Below, piece after piece: positions 36,019-46,095 of a stretch of 58,661 bases of DNA (positions are counted from its first letter, which is position 1; the number at the start of each line of letters is the position of its first letter). This DNA comes from Candidatus Omnitrophota bacterium (GTDB taxonomy: Bacteria; Omnitrophota; Gorgyraeia; Gygaellales; Profunditerraquicolaceae). The position numbers were made by a program, and so were the translations under genes. The stretch lies in the NCBI GenBank assembly GCA_041653035.1, contig JBAZGE010000003.1:1-58661 (forward strand). Reading direction: 5' to 3'. The notes under the pieces were generated by a model. The model saw only the letters and a program-made list of their open reading frames with translations, did not search any database and was not told the origin of the DNA.

Positions 36019-37344
36019 ATGGGAAGAAAAGGAATCGATATCGGTATTTTTGCCATGGATTTGATCATGAGCGACGACATGGACAGGAAGAAGGAACTGG
36101 CAAAGAAGATTTTTGCCGTTGCTTATAAAAAGGGTGTTTATCCTTCGAGTATTCATGAGTTGTATATGGCGCGCGGGAAGGGTGAATTCGGCGGGTTCAC
36201 GGTGCCGGCGTTCAATCTGCGGAGCATGACCTATGACCTCGCCCGTGCCATGTTCAGGGTCGCCAAACGGAATAATTCCGGGGCGTTCATTTTCGAGATC
36301 GCCAAATCGGAAATGGGTTATACCGGCCAGCCGCCGGTGGAATACGCGGCGGTGGTCCTGGCCGCGGCGGTCAAGGAAGAATACGCGGGGCCGGTATTCA
36401 TTCAAGGCGATCATGTCCAGGTGAATGCCAGGAAATACAAAGAAAATCCGGAAGCGGAACTGGCAGCGTTACAGGCATTGATCGAGGACGCGGTTTCCGC
36501 CGGGTTCTATAATATCGATATAGATTCTTCAACCCTGGTCGACCTCGGGCAGTCCACCGTTAAAAAACAGCAGTATGATAATTTCGACGTGTGCGCGAAA
36601 CTCACCCAGTTCATCCGCCGTATCGAGCCTAAGGGCGTTACGGTGTCGGTGGGCGGAGAGATCGGGGAGGTCGGGCATAAAAATTCCACGCCCGAGGAAC
36701 TGCGGATATTTATGGGGGGGTATAAGGACAGGCTGCGCAAGGGATTGGCCGGGATCAGCAAGATCTCCGTCCAGACCGGGACATCTCACGGCGGCGTGGT
36801 GCTTCCCGATGGTTCGATCGCGCAGGTGAAACTTGATTTTGATACCTTGAAGACCTTGTCCCAGATAGCCAAGACTGAATTCGGCCTTGGCGGCGCGGTA
36901 CAGCACGGCGCATCCACGTTGCCCGCGGAGGCATTCCACAAATTCCCGGAATGCGATACGGCGGAAGTCCATCTGGCTACCGAATTCCAGAATATGATCT
37001 ATGACAGCAAACATTTTCCGCAGGATCTGAAGAGCAAAATATATGAGTGGTTGAAAGTCAATGCCGCTTCGGAGCGCAAAGAAGGCGAGACTGAAGAACA
37101 GTTCTTCTATAAATCGCGCAAAAAAGCGCTGGGCCCATTCAAGAAAGATATCATGAGGCTTCCCGATGAAACCCGGGATGCTATTGCCAAAGAAATAGAG
37201 GATAAGTTCGAATTCCTTTTCAAACAGCTCAACGCGGTGAACAATAAGGAGCTCGTAGACAAATACGTTACCTTGAAGAGAGTGATCTCCCGTAAACGCA
37301 AAGAAGGGAAAGAAATAGTGCATGACGGAGAGGGCGCAGATTAG
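36019..37344 (+). CDS. fba: class II fructose-bisphosphate aldolase (long form)
   Basis: Class-II aldolase elements FIQGDHVQV, GGEIGEVGHKNS and QTGTSHGG. Adjacent to pfkA. Confidence 0.8.
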   Translation: MGRKGIDIGIFAMDLIMSDDMDRKKELAKKIFAVAYKKGVYPSSIHELYMARGKGEFGGFTVPAFNLRSMTYDLARAMFRVAKRNNSGAFIFEIAKSEMGYTGQPPVEYAAVVLAAAVKEEYAGPVFIQGDHVQVNARKYKENPEAELAALQALIEDAVSAGFYNIDIDSSTLVDLGQSTVKKQQYDNFDVCAKLTQFIRRIEPKGVTVSVGGEIGEVGHKNSTPEELRIFMGGYKDRLRKGLAGISKISVQTGTSHGGVVLPDGSIAQVKLDFDTLKTLSQIAKTEFGLGGAVQHGASTLPAEAFHKFPECDTAEVHLATEFQNMIYDSKHFPQDLKSKIYEWLKVNAASERKEGETEEQFFYKSRKKALGPFKKDIMRLPDETRDAIAKEIEDKFEFLFKQLNAVNNKELVDKYVTLKRVISRKRKEGKEIVHDGEGAD

Positions 37345-37407
37345 TTCGTAAGTTCCTAAGTGCGTATTTTAGTGCATAGGTGCATAAGTAGACTGAACTT
37401 ATGCACT
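37342..37407. repeat. palindrome of the GTGCATAAG type (fba-ilvD spacer)
   Basis: The left arm starts at the fba stop codon (TAGTTCGTAAGTTCCTAAGTGCG...GTGCATAGGTGCATAAGT). 10-bp perfect stem GTGCATAAGT-AGACTGA-ACTTATGCAC. Confidence 0.8.
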
Positions 37408-37459
37408 GTAACTTTTGCGAGTTTACGGATAATTAGCTGGAATTTTTGCGGAGGTTGTG

Positions 37460-39115
37460 ATGAGATCAGATAATATCAAAAAGGGATTAGAGCGGGTTCC
37501 GCACCGCGCGCTTCTGCATGCCACGGGGTTGAGCAGAAAAGATCTTTCCAAACCGTTTATCGGGGTGGCGACTTCTTTTACCGACCTGGTTCCCGGGCAT
37601 ATCGGGATGCGCGACCTGGAACGGTTTATTGAACGCGGCGTCTGCGCAGGCGGCGGAGTTCCGTTCTTTTTCGGCATTCCCGCGATCTGCGACGGCCTGG
37701 CTATGGGGCATTTGGGGATGTGTTATCCCTTGGCTGCGCGGGAGCTTATTGCCGATTCTATCGAGGCGGTGTGCAATGCCCACAGCCTTGACGGGATCGT
37801 GTGCCTTACCAATTGCGATAAGATGACTCCCGGGATGATCATGGCCGCGGTCCGTTTGAACATCCCGGCGATCGTTGTGACTGCCGGGCCCATGCTTTCG
37901 GGACGGCTTCGCACCCGGAAACTCGCGTTTGTTCATGATACCTACGAGGGGCTGGCGCGCGCGAAAAAAGGGGATATTTCACCGGAAGACCTGGAATGCC
38001 TGGAGATGGAGGCCTGCCCGGGCGCGGGTTCCTGCCAGGGGTTATACACGGCTAATACCATGGCCTGTCTGACTGAAACCATGGGAATGTCCCTGCCCGG
38101 CTGCGGCACTGCCCTGGCTGTTTCCGCCAGAAAACGCAGGATCGCCGAGGCCAGCGGTGAACGTATCATTGAGTTGGTGAAAAAGAATGTCACTCCCCGG
38201 GATATTATTACCCGGGAATCATTAGAGAATGCGGTTACCGTGGATATGGCGCTGGGAGGCTCGAGCAATACGGTACTGCATCTTATGGCTATCGCTCACG
38301 AAGCGGGTATATCGCTGGACTTGCGGACATTTGACCGGATCGGCAAGGCCACGCCGCATATTACGAACATAGAACCCGCGGGGACGCATTTTATGGAAGA
38401 TGTCGATTTTGCCGGCGGTATCCCGGCGGTGCTCAAACGGCTGAAGAAATATTTGCACAATACGCCGACCGTCAGCGGCCGGAAGACCTTTGCCATAGCC
38501 GATGCCGCGGAGATCTGCGATGAAGAAGTGATACGGCCGTTTGACAGGGCGTATCATAAGCAGGGAGGGATTGCGGTTCTTTTCGGGAATCTCTCGCCCA
38601 ACGGCGCGGTGGTAAAACAGGCGGCGGTGAACCCTTCGATGATGAAGTTCACCGGGAAGGCGAAAGTATTCAACCGTGAAGAAGAAGCAATGCAGGCGAT
38701 CCTGAACGGTCAGATAAAATCCGGGCACGTGGTGGTCATCAGGTATGAAGGGCCGAGCGGCGGCCCGGGGATGCGTGAAATGCTCGCGCCGACATCGGCC
38801 ATCGTCGGTATGGGGCTGGCGGATTCCGTGGCCCTGATCACCGATGGAAGGTTTTCCGGGGGTACGAAGGGGCCGTGCATCGGGCATATATCGCCGGAAG
38901 CGGCTGCCGGAGGGCCTATTGCAATTTTAAAAGACGGTGATATAATTAATATCGATATTCCCGGTCGAAAGATCGAGGTTGTTTTGTCCAGGGCAGAGAT
39001 AGCAAAAAGATTCAAAATCTGGAAAGCTGTTCCACCTAAAATAACTACCGGTTATCTTGCCCGTTATTCGAGAATGGTCAGTTCCGCGGACAAGGGAGCG
39101 GTGTTAGAAGTTTAA
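37460..39115 (+). CDS. ilvD: dihydroxy-acid dehydratase
   Basis: [10 protein letters not shown] Fe-S ligand region, [10 protein letters not shown] and [11 protein letters not shown] 37460 after GGAGG; GTG 37457 is also possible. Confidence 0.95.
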   Translation: MRSDNIKKGLERVPHRALLHATGLSRKDLSKPFIGVATSFTDLVPGHIGMRDLERFIERGVCAGGGVPFFFGIPAICDGLAMGHLGMCYPLAARELIADSIEAVCNAHSLDGIVCLTNCDKMTPGMIMAAVRLNIPAIVVTAGPMLSGRLRTRKLAFVHDTYEGLARAKKGDISPEDLECLEMEACPGAGSCQGLYTANTMACLTETMGMSLPGCGTALAVSARKRRIAEASGERIIELVKKNVTPRDIITRESLENAVTVDMALGGSSNTVLHLMAIAHEAGISLDLRTFDRIGKATPHITNIEPAGTHFMEDVDFAGGIPAVLKRLKKYLHNTPTVSGRKTFAIADAAEICDEEVIRPFDRAYHKQGGIAVLFGNLSPNGAVVKQAAVNPSMMKFTGKAKVFNREEEAMQAILNGQIKSGHVVVIRYEGPSGGPGMREMLAPTSAIVGMGLADSVALITDGRFSGGTKGPCIGHISPEAAAGGPIAILKDGDIINIDIPGRKIEVVLSRAEIAKRFKIWKAVPPKITTGYLARYSRMVSSADKGAVLEV

Positions 39116-39154
39116 CGAGATCGTTATTGCGGCCGATGTATCGATTTAATAATT

Positions 39155-39182
39155 CTAAACGAGAAACGCAAAACGCTAAACG
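39155..39182 (+). repeat. four 7-nt units CTAAACG AGAAACG CAAAACG CTAAACG upstream of ilvB
   Basis: Exact 7-nt period. The complementary flavour (GCGTTTT/GCGTTTG) occurs at 46774-46810. Confidence 0.75.
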
Positions 39183-39185
39183 AAG

Positions 39186-40853
39186 ATGACCGGCGCAGAG
39201 ATAATCATTGAATGTTTGAAACGAGAAGGCGTAGAGGTGATCTTCGGTTACCCGGGCGGACAGGTTTTGCCGCTTTTTGATAAGCTTTATGATTGCGGTA
39301 TCCGTTTCATTCTTCCCCGTCATGAACAGGCCGCCGCGCATGCCGCGGACGGATATGCGCGGGCCACCGGAAAAACGGGGGTTTGTATCGCGACCTCCGG
39401 GCCGGGGGCGACCAATCTGGTTACCGGTATCGCGACCGCGTATATGGATTCTATTCCCATGGTGGCGATAACCGGACAGGTCAAGACCTCCGTGATCGGC
39501 AACGACGCTTTTCAGGAAGCGGATATTACCGGGATCACCCGGCCGATCACCAAACATAATTACCTGGTTAAAAATGTGAAGGACCTGGCGCTTATTATCC
39601 GCGAGGCTTTTCTTATCGCGTCAACCGGGCGTCCGGGGCCGGTGGTCATCGATATTCCGTCCGATGTACAACAGAAGGAAACCGAATTCATCTGGCCCGA
39701 GGAAGTGCATATCCGGGGGTACAAACCGACCTATTTCGGCCATCCCGGACAGATCAAAAAAGCGGCCGGTCTGATAAAACGTTCGAAACGGCCGATTATT
39801 TATGCCGGCGGCGGGGTGATCACCTCGGGCGCGCACCTGGAGCTCAAAGCGTTGGCTGAGAAGATACAGGCTCCGGTGACCTGGACGCTGATGGGGATAG
39901 GCGGGTTCCCCACGATGCATAAACTGAGCGTGGGCATGCTGGGGATGCACGGGACGGTTCCCGCCAATTATGCAATAACCGAATCGGATCTGATCCTTGC
40001 CGTGGGCGCGCGTTTTGACGACCGGGTTACCGGAAGATTGGATGCCTTTGCTCCGAACGCCAAGATAATCCATATCGATATCGATCCATCGTCCATAAGC
40101 AAGAACGTAAAAGTGGATGTTCCTATTGTGGGTGATGCGAAAAATATACTCGGCCAGTTGATCGAAGAGGTCAATAAACCCCCGGATACGGCCGAATGGC
40201 TGAAAACCGTGGACAGTTGGAAAAAGAAAAGCCCGTTGAAATACAATAATGAAGGCACGAAGATCAAACCGCAGTATGTGATCGAACAGATCTGTGAAGT
40301 CACCAAGGGGGAAGCGCTCATTGCCACGGAAGTCGGCCAGCACCAGATGTGGGCCTGTCATTGGTATCGATATTCCCATCCGCGCACCTTCATCTCTTCC
40401 GGAGGACTGGGAACCATGGGGTTCGGTTTCCCGGCGGCCATGGGGGTGAAACTGGGGTGTCCCGATAAGATTGTTTTCGATATTGCCGGCGACGGTTCTA
40501 TCCAGATGAATATACAGGAACTGGCCACGTGCGTGTGCAATAAGATCCCGGTCAAAGTGGCCATATTAAATAACGGATTTTTGGGGATGGTGAGGCAGTG
40601 GCAGGAATTGTTCTACAACCGTCGTTATTCGCATACCAGTCTTTACAACCCCGATTTTGTTAAACTCGCCGAAAGCTACGGGGCAGCGGGTATAAAGATC
40701 ACCCGGAAAGAGGATGTGCGCCACGCCCTGGAAAAGGCGATCGCTATCGATAACGTGGTTTTTCTTGATTTTCACGTGGAATCCGAGGAAAATGTTTTTC
40801 CGATGGTCCCCGCGGGAGAAGCGGTGAACAGGATGATCGGAGGAATGGCGTAA
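39186..40853 (+). CDS. ilvB: acetolactate synthase large subunit
   Basis: [26 protein letters not shown]-terminus and ThDP motif [12 protein letters not shown]...NNG. Confidence 0.95.
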   Translation: MTGAEIIIECLKREGVEVIFGYPGGQVLPLFDKLYDCGIRFILPRHEQAAAHAADGYARATGKTGVCIATSGPGATNLVTGIATAYMDSIPMVAITGQVKTSVIGNDAFQEADITGITRPITKHNYLVKNVKDLALIIREAFLIASTGRPGPVVIDIPSDVQQKETEFIWPEEVHIRGYKPTYFGHPGQIKKAAGLIKRSKRPIIYAGGGVITSGAHLELKALAEKIQAPVTWTLMGIGGFPTMHKLSVGMLGMHGTVPANYAITESDLILAVGARFDDRVTGRLDAFAPNAKIIHIDIDPSSISKNVKVDVPIVGDAKNILGQLIEEVNKPPDTAEWLKTVDSWKKKSPLKYNNEGTKIKPQYVIEQICEVTKGEALIATEVGQHQMWACHWYRYSHPRTFISSGGLGTMGFGFPAAMGVKLGCPDKIVFDIAGDGSIQMNIQELATCVCNKIPVKVAILNNGFLGMVRQWQELFYNRRYSHTSLYNPDFVKLAESYGAAGIKITRKEDVRHALEKAIAIDNVVFLDFHVESEENVFPMVPAGEAVNRMIGGMA

Positions 40854-40956
40854 GTTCGTAATTCGTAATCAGTAAATCGTAATCCGTAATTACGAGGAAT
40901 TCTTAATATATAACATTTTCCTTTTACGAATTACCAATTACGGATTACGATTTACG
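40854..40956. repeat. short-tandem-repeat palindrome, CGTAAT type, exact 7-nt period (ilvB-ilvN spacer)
   Basis: (C/A)GTAA starts at 40857, 40864, 40871, 40878, 40885. The inverted TTAC starts at 40924, 40931, 40938, 40945, 40952. Confidence 0.9.
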
Positions 40957-40986
40957 AAAAAAGTGTGAATGAGGGGATTTACAAAG

Positions 40987-41460
40987 ATGAAACATATCAT
41001 TTCAGTTTTAGTGGATAACAAGCCGGGGGTACTGGCACGGGTTGCGGGTCTTTTCAGCGCCCGGGGATATAATATTTGTTCGTTGGCGGTTGGCGAGACC
41101 GAAGATCCGGCTATCTCGCGCATGACCATTGTTTCGGAAGCGGCGGACATCCGGATACTGGAACAGATCATCAAGCAGCTGCGCAAGCTTATCGATACCA
41201 TCACCGTGACCGATCTGACGCGGAAAGATTTTCTGGACAGGGAAATGGTGCTGCTCAAGGTGAAGTTCCCTGCCGAGCAGCAGCGGGCGATTGCCGCCGC
41301 GGCGAATAAATTCAATGCCAAGATAGTTAAACATAACCGTGATTTTGCGGTGTTTGAGCTTTGCGCGGCATCGGAAGATGTGGAGTCGTTCCTTAAAAGT
41401 ATCAAACAATTCGAGATCGTAGAGCTTATGCGCACCGGAAGGGTTGCTGTAGTTTTATAA
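40987..41460 (+). CDS. ilvN: acetolactate synthase small (regulatory) subunit
   Basis: ACT domain start [30 protein letters not shown]. The ORF-track start at 40969 is probably too early. Confidence 0.9.
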   Translation: MKHIISVLVDNKPGVLARVAGLFSARGYNICSLAVGETEDPAISRMTIVSEAADIRILEQIIKQLRKLIDTITVTDLTRKDFLDREMVLLKVKFPAEQQRAIAAAANKFNAKIVKHNRDFAVFELCAASEDVESFLKSIKQFEIVELMRTGRVAVVL

Positions 41461-41477
41461 ACAACGGAGGAGAAAAC

Positions 41478-42470
41478 ATGGCTAAGATCTATTATGATAA
41501 GGACGCTGATTTGAATGTGTTAAAAAACAAAAAAGTCGCCATTATCGGTTACGGGATCCAGGGGCGCGGGCAGAGCTTGTGCCTGAGGGACAGCGGGGTA
41601 CAGGTTATTGTTTCGGAATTAGAAGGTACCGTGAATTATGCGAAGGCAAAGGAAGATAAGTTCATTCCCGTGAGCGTGAAGGCTGCGGCTCAGAATGCGG
41701 ATGTCATTCAGATCCTTACGCAGGACCACGTACAGGCAAAGGTCTATAAGGACTCGATCGAACCGAATCTGGTCAAGGGAAAGTCGCTTTGTTTTTCGCA
41801 CGGGTTTAACATTCATTTTAAGCAGATCGTTCCTCCGAAATTCGTAGATGTTTTTATGATCGCTCCCAAAGGGCCCGGAGCGCTGGTGCGCAGGATGTAC
41901 GAAGAGGGTAAAGGCGTGCCTTGTTTGGTCGCTGTTCATCAGGATGCCAGCGGCAAGGCTTTAGATATCGCTTTGGCCTACGCGAAAGCTTTAAAAGCGA
42001 CCACGGCGGGTGTGATCGGGACCACTTTCAAGGAGGAGACCGAAACCGACCTTTTCGGCGAACAGGCGGTATTGTGCGGAGGTGTTTCGGAATTGATAAC
42101 CGCGGGTTTCGATACTTTGATCAAAGCCGGGTATCAGCCGGAAATCGCTTATTTCGAAGTCCTGCACGAGTTGAAATTGATCACCGATCTCATACAGGAA
42201 AGGGGCATTTCCGGGATGAGGCGGAGCGTTTCCAATACCGCCTGCTACGGCGATTTGAGCAGAGGGAAAAGGATAATCAACGCCAAGACACGCGCCGAGA
42301 TGAAGAAGATACTTAAAGAGATACAGAGCGGTAAGTTCGCCAAGGAATGGATACGGGAGAACGAGAAGGGCAGGCCGAACTTCAATAAACTTTTGAAGAA
42401 AGGCGACGAACATAAGATTGAAGAAGTAGGACGAAAGTTGCGAGAGATGATGCCGTGGATGAAAAAATGA
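41478..42470 (+). CDS. ilvC: ketol-acid reductoisomerase
   Basis: [19 protein letters not shown] Rossmann motif. 330 aa, class I KARI. Confidence 0.95.
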   Translation: MAKIYYDKDADLNVLKNKKVAIIGYGIQGRGQSLCLRDSGVQVIVSELEGTVNYAKAKEDKFIPVSVKAAAQNADVIQILTQDHVQAKVYKDSIEPNLVKGKSLCFSHGFNIHFKQIVPPKFVDVFMIAPKGPGALVRRMYEEGKGVPCLVAVHQDASGKALDIALAYAKALKATTAGVIGTTFKEETETDLFGEQAVLCGGVSELITAGFDTLIKAGYQPEIAYFEVLHELKLITDLIQERGISGMRRSVSNTACYGDLSRGKRIINAKTRAEMKKILKEIQSGKFAKEWIRENEKGRPNFNKLLKKGDEHKIEEVGRKLREMMPWMKK

Positions 42471-42477
42471 TTTAAAA

Positions 42478-42574
42478 AACGTAAACCGTAATTCGTAATA
42501 CGTAAAAGGAAAGTGCGATATGACACAATTCCTTTTTGTTGCGGATTACGATTTACGGATTACGATTTACGATT
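42478..42574. repeat. short-tandem-repeat palindrome, CGTAAT type (ilvC-leuA spacer)
   Basis: CGTAA at 42480, 42487, 42494, 42501. TTACG at 42546, 42553, 42560, 42567. The right arm ends at the leuA ATG. Confidence 0.9.
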
Positions 42575-44080
42575 ATGGATAAGATAATTATTTTTGATAC
42601 CACACTTCGCGATGGGGAACAGGCTCCGGGGGCTTCTTTGAATCATCGGGAGAAACTGGAGATCGCCGAAGCGCTTGCCGATCTGGGGGTGGATGTTATC
42701 GAGGCCGGGTTTCCTATCAGCAGTACCGGTGATTTTGAGTCCGTGAAGCAGATCGCTAAAGCGGTCAAGGGGCCGGTTATCTGCGGCCTTGCCCGTTGTC
42801 TCAAGGCGGACATTGACGCCGCCTCTGAAGCGGTGAAATACGCCAAACGTCCGCGCATCCATGTGTTCCTGGCGACTTCGAAGATCCATATGCAGTATAA
42901 ATTGAAGAAGCCGGAAGAGGAAATTTTAAAAATAGCCGTGGACTGGGTTACGTACGCGAAGAAATTCTGCGCGGACATAGAGTTTTCTCCCGAAGACGCC
43001 TCGCGCACCGAACGGGTTTTTTTGTACCGGGTGCTTGAGGCGGTCATTGATGCCGGAGCCACGACGGTCAATATCCCCGACACCGTGGGGTATTCCGAAC
43101 CCCGGGAATTCGGCACGCTCATCGGATCGATCAAAGAGAACGTCCCGAATATCGATAAGGCCGTGATTTCCGTGCATTGCCATAATGATCTGGGGCTGGC
43201 GGTTGCCAATTCCCTGGCCGCGGTCACCAGCGGTGCCCGGCAGGTTGAATGTACCATAAACGGCATCGGCGAACGAGCGGGGAATGCTTCTTTGGAGGAA
43301 ACGGTGATGGGGGTTAAAACCCGCAGGGATATTTTTAGCGGTGTGTATACCGATATCAAGACTCGGAATATTTTCAAAGTATCGCGGCTGGTGAGTAAAC
43401 TGACCGGATTCCTGATCGCTCCCAACAAGGCGATCGTGGGGAACAACGCTTTCAGGCATGAATCGGGCATTCACCAGGACGGTGTCTTGAAAGAACGTTC
43501 CACCTATGAGATAATCCGCCCGGAAGATGTGGGTTTTACCGGACGGGGTATTGTCCTCGGTAAGCATTCCGGGAGGCATGCCCTGGATGAAAAAATGAAA
43601 GATCTGGGTTTTCATCTTACTCCGGACCAACTGGAAAAAGCCAATGTGTTATTTAAACAGCTTGCGGATAAAAAGAAAAATATTTTCGACAGCGACCTGA
43701 TCTCTCTTTTGGAAGGCCAGGTGGGGCTGGAAAAACCGCTTTTTATCCTGGAAGATTTCACGATAACTTCCGGGACACACGTGAAACCCTTGGCGAAGGT
43801 CGCTTTGCGCTGTAAAAACAAATCTCTCTCAGCGCAATCCTCCGGTGACGGCCCGGTTGACGCCTGTTTCAAGGCTATCGATAAAGCCACCGGGATCAAA
43901 GGGACGCTTGAAGATTACCGTATCGAGGCGGTTACCCGGGGGAAAGACGCCCTGGGAGAAGTGAGCCTTAAACTTACCGCTCAAGGAAAGACCGTTACTT
44001 CCCGCAGTTCAAGTACCGATATAATTGAGGCATCGGTGCTGGCATATGTGAATGCGTTGAACAAAATCGAGAGTTTGTAG
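42575..44080 (+). CDS. leuA: 2-isopropylmalate synthase (LeuA/CimA family)
   Basis: MDKIIIFDTTLRDGEQ and HCHNDLGLAVAN. The ORF-track start at 42536 translates the repeat arm. No Shine-Dalgarno upstream of ATG 42575. Confidence 0.9.
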   Translation: MDKIIIFDTTLRDGEQAPGASLNHREKLEIAEALADLGVDVIEAGFPISSTGDFESVKQIAKAVKGPVICGLARCLKADIDAASEAVKYAKRPRIHVFLATSKIHMQYKLKKPEEEILKIAVDWVTYAKKFCADIEFSPEDASRTERVFLYRVLEAVIDAGATTVNIPDTVGYSEPREFGTLIGSIKENVPNIDKAVISVHCHNDLGLAVANSLAAVTSGARQVECTINGIGERAGNASLEETVMGVKTRRDIFSGVYTDIKTRNIFKVSRLVSKLTGFLIAPNKAIVGNNAFRHESGIHQDGVLKERSTYEIIRPEDVGFTGRGIVLGKHSGRHALDEKMKDLGFHLTPDQLEKANVLFKQLADKKKNIFDSDLISLLEGQVGLEKPLFILEDFTITSGTHVKPLAKVALRCKNKSLSAQSSGDGPVDACFKAIDKATGIKGTLEDYRIEAVTRGKDALGEVSLKLTAQGKTVTSRSSSTDIIEASVLAYVNALNKIESL

Positions 44081-44195
44081 AAATCGTAATCCGTAAATCG
44101 TAATTCGTAATTCGTAAATCGTAATAATAAGGCATGCTTTAAATAGAATAATTCCAAACAATTACGATTTACGCATTACCAATTACGGATTACGA
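44081..44195. repeat. short-tandem-repeat palindrome, CGTAAT type (leuA-aroE spacer)
   Basis: Six CGTAA units at an exact 7-nt spacing (TAA at 44087, 44094, 44101, 44108, 44115, 44122). Inverted arm AATTACGATTTACGCATTACCAATTACGGATTACG. Confidence 0.9.
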
Positions 44196-44218
44196 AAATA
44201 AATGATTTCCTTTTATTT

Positions 44219-45070
44219 ATGTCCGATATTTACGGTGTCCTCGGATTTCCCGTCAAACACAGTTTCTCGCCGGCAATGCACAATGCCGCTTTCAAAACCC
44301 TTAATTTAGACGCCGAGTACAGGCTTTTTGAAAAAGAATCCGGTGAACTCCGGGAGTTTTTCGCTTCGGCGGCCCGGGAGTCTATTAAAGGTTTTAATGT
44401 CACCATCCCCTATAAAGAAACGGCTAAACAATTTATAGACGTATTTACCGAAGAAGCCATGCTTATCGGTGCGGTAAATACCGTAAAGATCGGCGCGCGT
44501 ACGATAACCGGGCATAATACCGATGGGAACGGTTTTCTCCGGCATTTGTCCGAGGTATACCGGCAAAATCTGAAAGGGCTTTCTGTTTCTCTTTTGGGAG
44601 CGGGCGGAGCGGCCAGGGCAGTGGCTTATTCTCTGTCCGCCGCAGGGGTAGGCCGGATCCTGATATTTGATGCCTTGAAAGAGAGGGCCGGGGTATTATC
44701 AGGTGAGATCAACCGGGCGTTTCACGCCGGTTTGACCTCGGCTGCCGCCGGTATCGGGGAGTTGCAGAGTTGTAACCCGGAATTGTTCATCAATGCCACC
44801 CCGGTCGGCATGAAGGAAGATGATCCGTTATTGATCAACGCCGATAAATTGTTTCCCTGTACGTTCGTATACGACGTTGTTTACAACATCCCGGAAACCA
44901 GATTACTGCGTACGGCAAAAGCCAGAGGATGCAATTGCGCGAACGGCCTGGGGATGCTTTTGTATCAGGGAGTCCAGGCATTTGAGTTCTGGACCGGCAG
45001 GCAGGCTCCCGTAGATGTGATGCGCAGGGCTCTTGAAGAGGCGGTATATGGGAAAGGCTATGGGGTATAG
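44219..45070 (+). CDS. aroE: shikimate dehydrogenase
   Basis: GVLGFPVKHSFSP N-terminus, NVTIPYK and GAGGAARAV. The last codons lie in a CTATAGC-type repeat. Confidence 0.9.
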   Translation: MSDIYGVLGFPVKHSFSPAMHNAAFKTLNLDAEYRLFEKESGELREFFASAARESIKGFNVTIPYKETAKQFIDVFTEEAMLIGAVNTVKIGARTITGHNTDGNGFLRHLSEVYRQNLKGLSVSLLGAGGAARAVAYSLSAAGVGRILIFDALKERAGVLSGEINRAFHAGLTSAAAGIGELQSCNPELFINATPVGMKEDDPLLINADKLFPCTFVYDVVYNIPETRLLRTAKARGCNCANGLGMLLYQGVQAFEFWTGRQAPVDVMRRALEEAVYGKGYGV

Positions 45071-45162
45071 CCTTCAGGGGGCAGGAATATAAAAAGGAAG
45101 AATATAAGAAATTCTAATGAGATTATAAAGTTTTCCCTATAGTCCATAGCCTATAGCCTAAG
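45055..45162. repeat. palindrome of the CTATAGC/CCATAGC type (aroE 3' end to the prepilin peptidase gene)
   Basis: Left arm GGCTATGGGGTATAGCC lies within the last aroE codons and its stop. Right arm CTATAGT CCATAGC CTATAGC CTAAG has a 7-nt period. Confidence 0.8.
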
Positions 45163-45170
45163 TAAAATAT

Positions 45171-45995
45171 ATGATCAATCAAATTTTCGCTTTTTTGTTC
45201 GGTTCTATTGTGGGGAGTTTTCTGAACGTTTGTATCTATCGTCTCCCGAAAGGAGAATCGGTGGTAATGCCGCGCTCCCATTGCCCCGTTTGTAATAAGA
45301 CTATCCGCGGGTATGATAATATCCCGTTCCTGAGTTATATCCTGTTGGGAGGAAAATGCCGTTTTTGCAAAACCGGGATATCGGTGCGCTATTTTATAGT
45401 GGAATTGGTTACGGCTTTGTTTTTTCTCTTCCTCTACAACCAGTACGGCCGGTACGGCCTGGTATTCGATTGCCTGTCGTATGCTGTCCTTGGCTGTGGA
45501 TTGATCGTCGCCACTTTTGTGGACATACAGCTTAGGATCATCCCGGATGAGATCTCGGTGGGGGGATTGATCGTCGGTCTTCTCTTCGGTTTTTTAAAAG
45601 GTATCTCCCTGGAGCCTCTTGCCTATCGCCTATCGCCTTTTTTTCATGCTTTCTTGGGCGCAATCGTCGGAGGCGGTATAATCTTTCTTACCGGGTTCTT
45701 TTTCGACCTGGTATATTTTAAAATGCTTAAAAAACCGCCTGTTGAGGGGGAGACTTCTTCTATGGGAGGAGGGGATGTGAAATTACTGGCTATGATCGGC
45801 GCTTTCCTGGGCTGGCAGCATGCCGTACTCGTTTTTTTTCTCGCTCCTTTCTTTGGGATTTTTATCGCCATCGCCAATCTGCTGATAAAAAAACAGCACG
45901 TCATTCCCTATGGTCCGTTCTTGTCTTTGGCCGCTTTTCTGGCCATTTTCCGCGGAAGTGAGATAATCGGGTTCCTTCTGAGGGGAATTCCTTGA
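45171..45995 (+). CDS. prepilin peptidase (A24 family, PilD-like)
   Basis: N-terminal Cys cluster CPVCNKTI...CRFCK, polytopic membrane profile, GGGDVKLLA aspartyl protease motif. Confidence 0.85.
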   Translation: MINQIFAFLFGSIVGSFLNVCIYRLPKGESVVMPRSHCPVCNKTIRGYDNIPFLSYILLGGKCRFCKTGISVRYFIVELVTALFFLFLYNQYGRYGLVFDCLSYAVLGCGLIVATFVDIQLRIIPDEISVGGLIVGLLFGFLKGISLEPLAYRLSPFFHAFLGAIVGGGIIFLTGFFFDLVYFKMLKKPPVEGETSSMGGGDVKLLAMIGAFLGWQHAVLVFFLAPFFGIFIAIANLLIKKQHVIPYGPFLSLAAFLAIFRGSEIIGFLLRGIP

Positions 45996-46020
45996 CATAA
46001 ACCGCTAATTGTGATAGAGT
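45992..46020 (+). promoter_or_regulatory. candidate promoter for the TM-helix protein gene
   Basis: TTGACA (overlapping the prepilin peptidase stop region), 17 nt, TAGAGT. Confidence 0.4.
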
Positions 46021-46095
46021 TAAGAAAATTGGGCAGATGAGCCCAGGATCAATGGGTCCGTTTTAACGGGCGCATTGTTATTTAAGGAGGTCGAA

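Noticed and set aside
40854-44195. Could the short direct repeats (CGTAAT, GTAAGT, GGTTAA arrays) be CRISPR arrays?
   Set aside because: The units are 7-10 nt with no unique spacers between them. The arrays are at most about 6 units long and occur as inverted pairs at gene boundaries. No cas genes are present. This is incompatible with CRISPR architecture.
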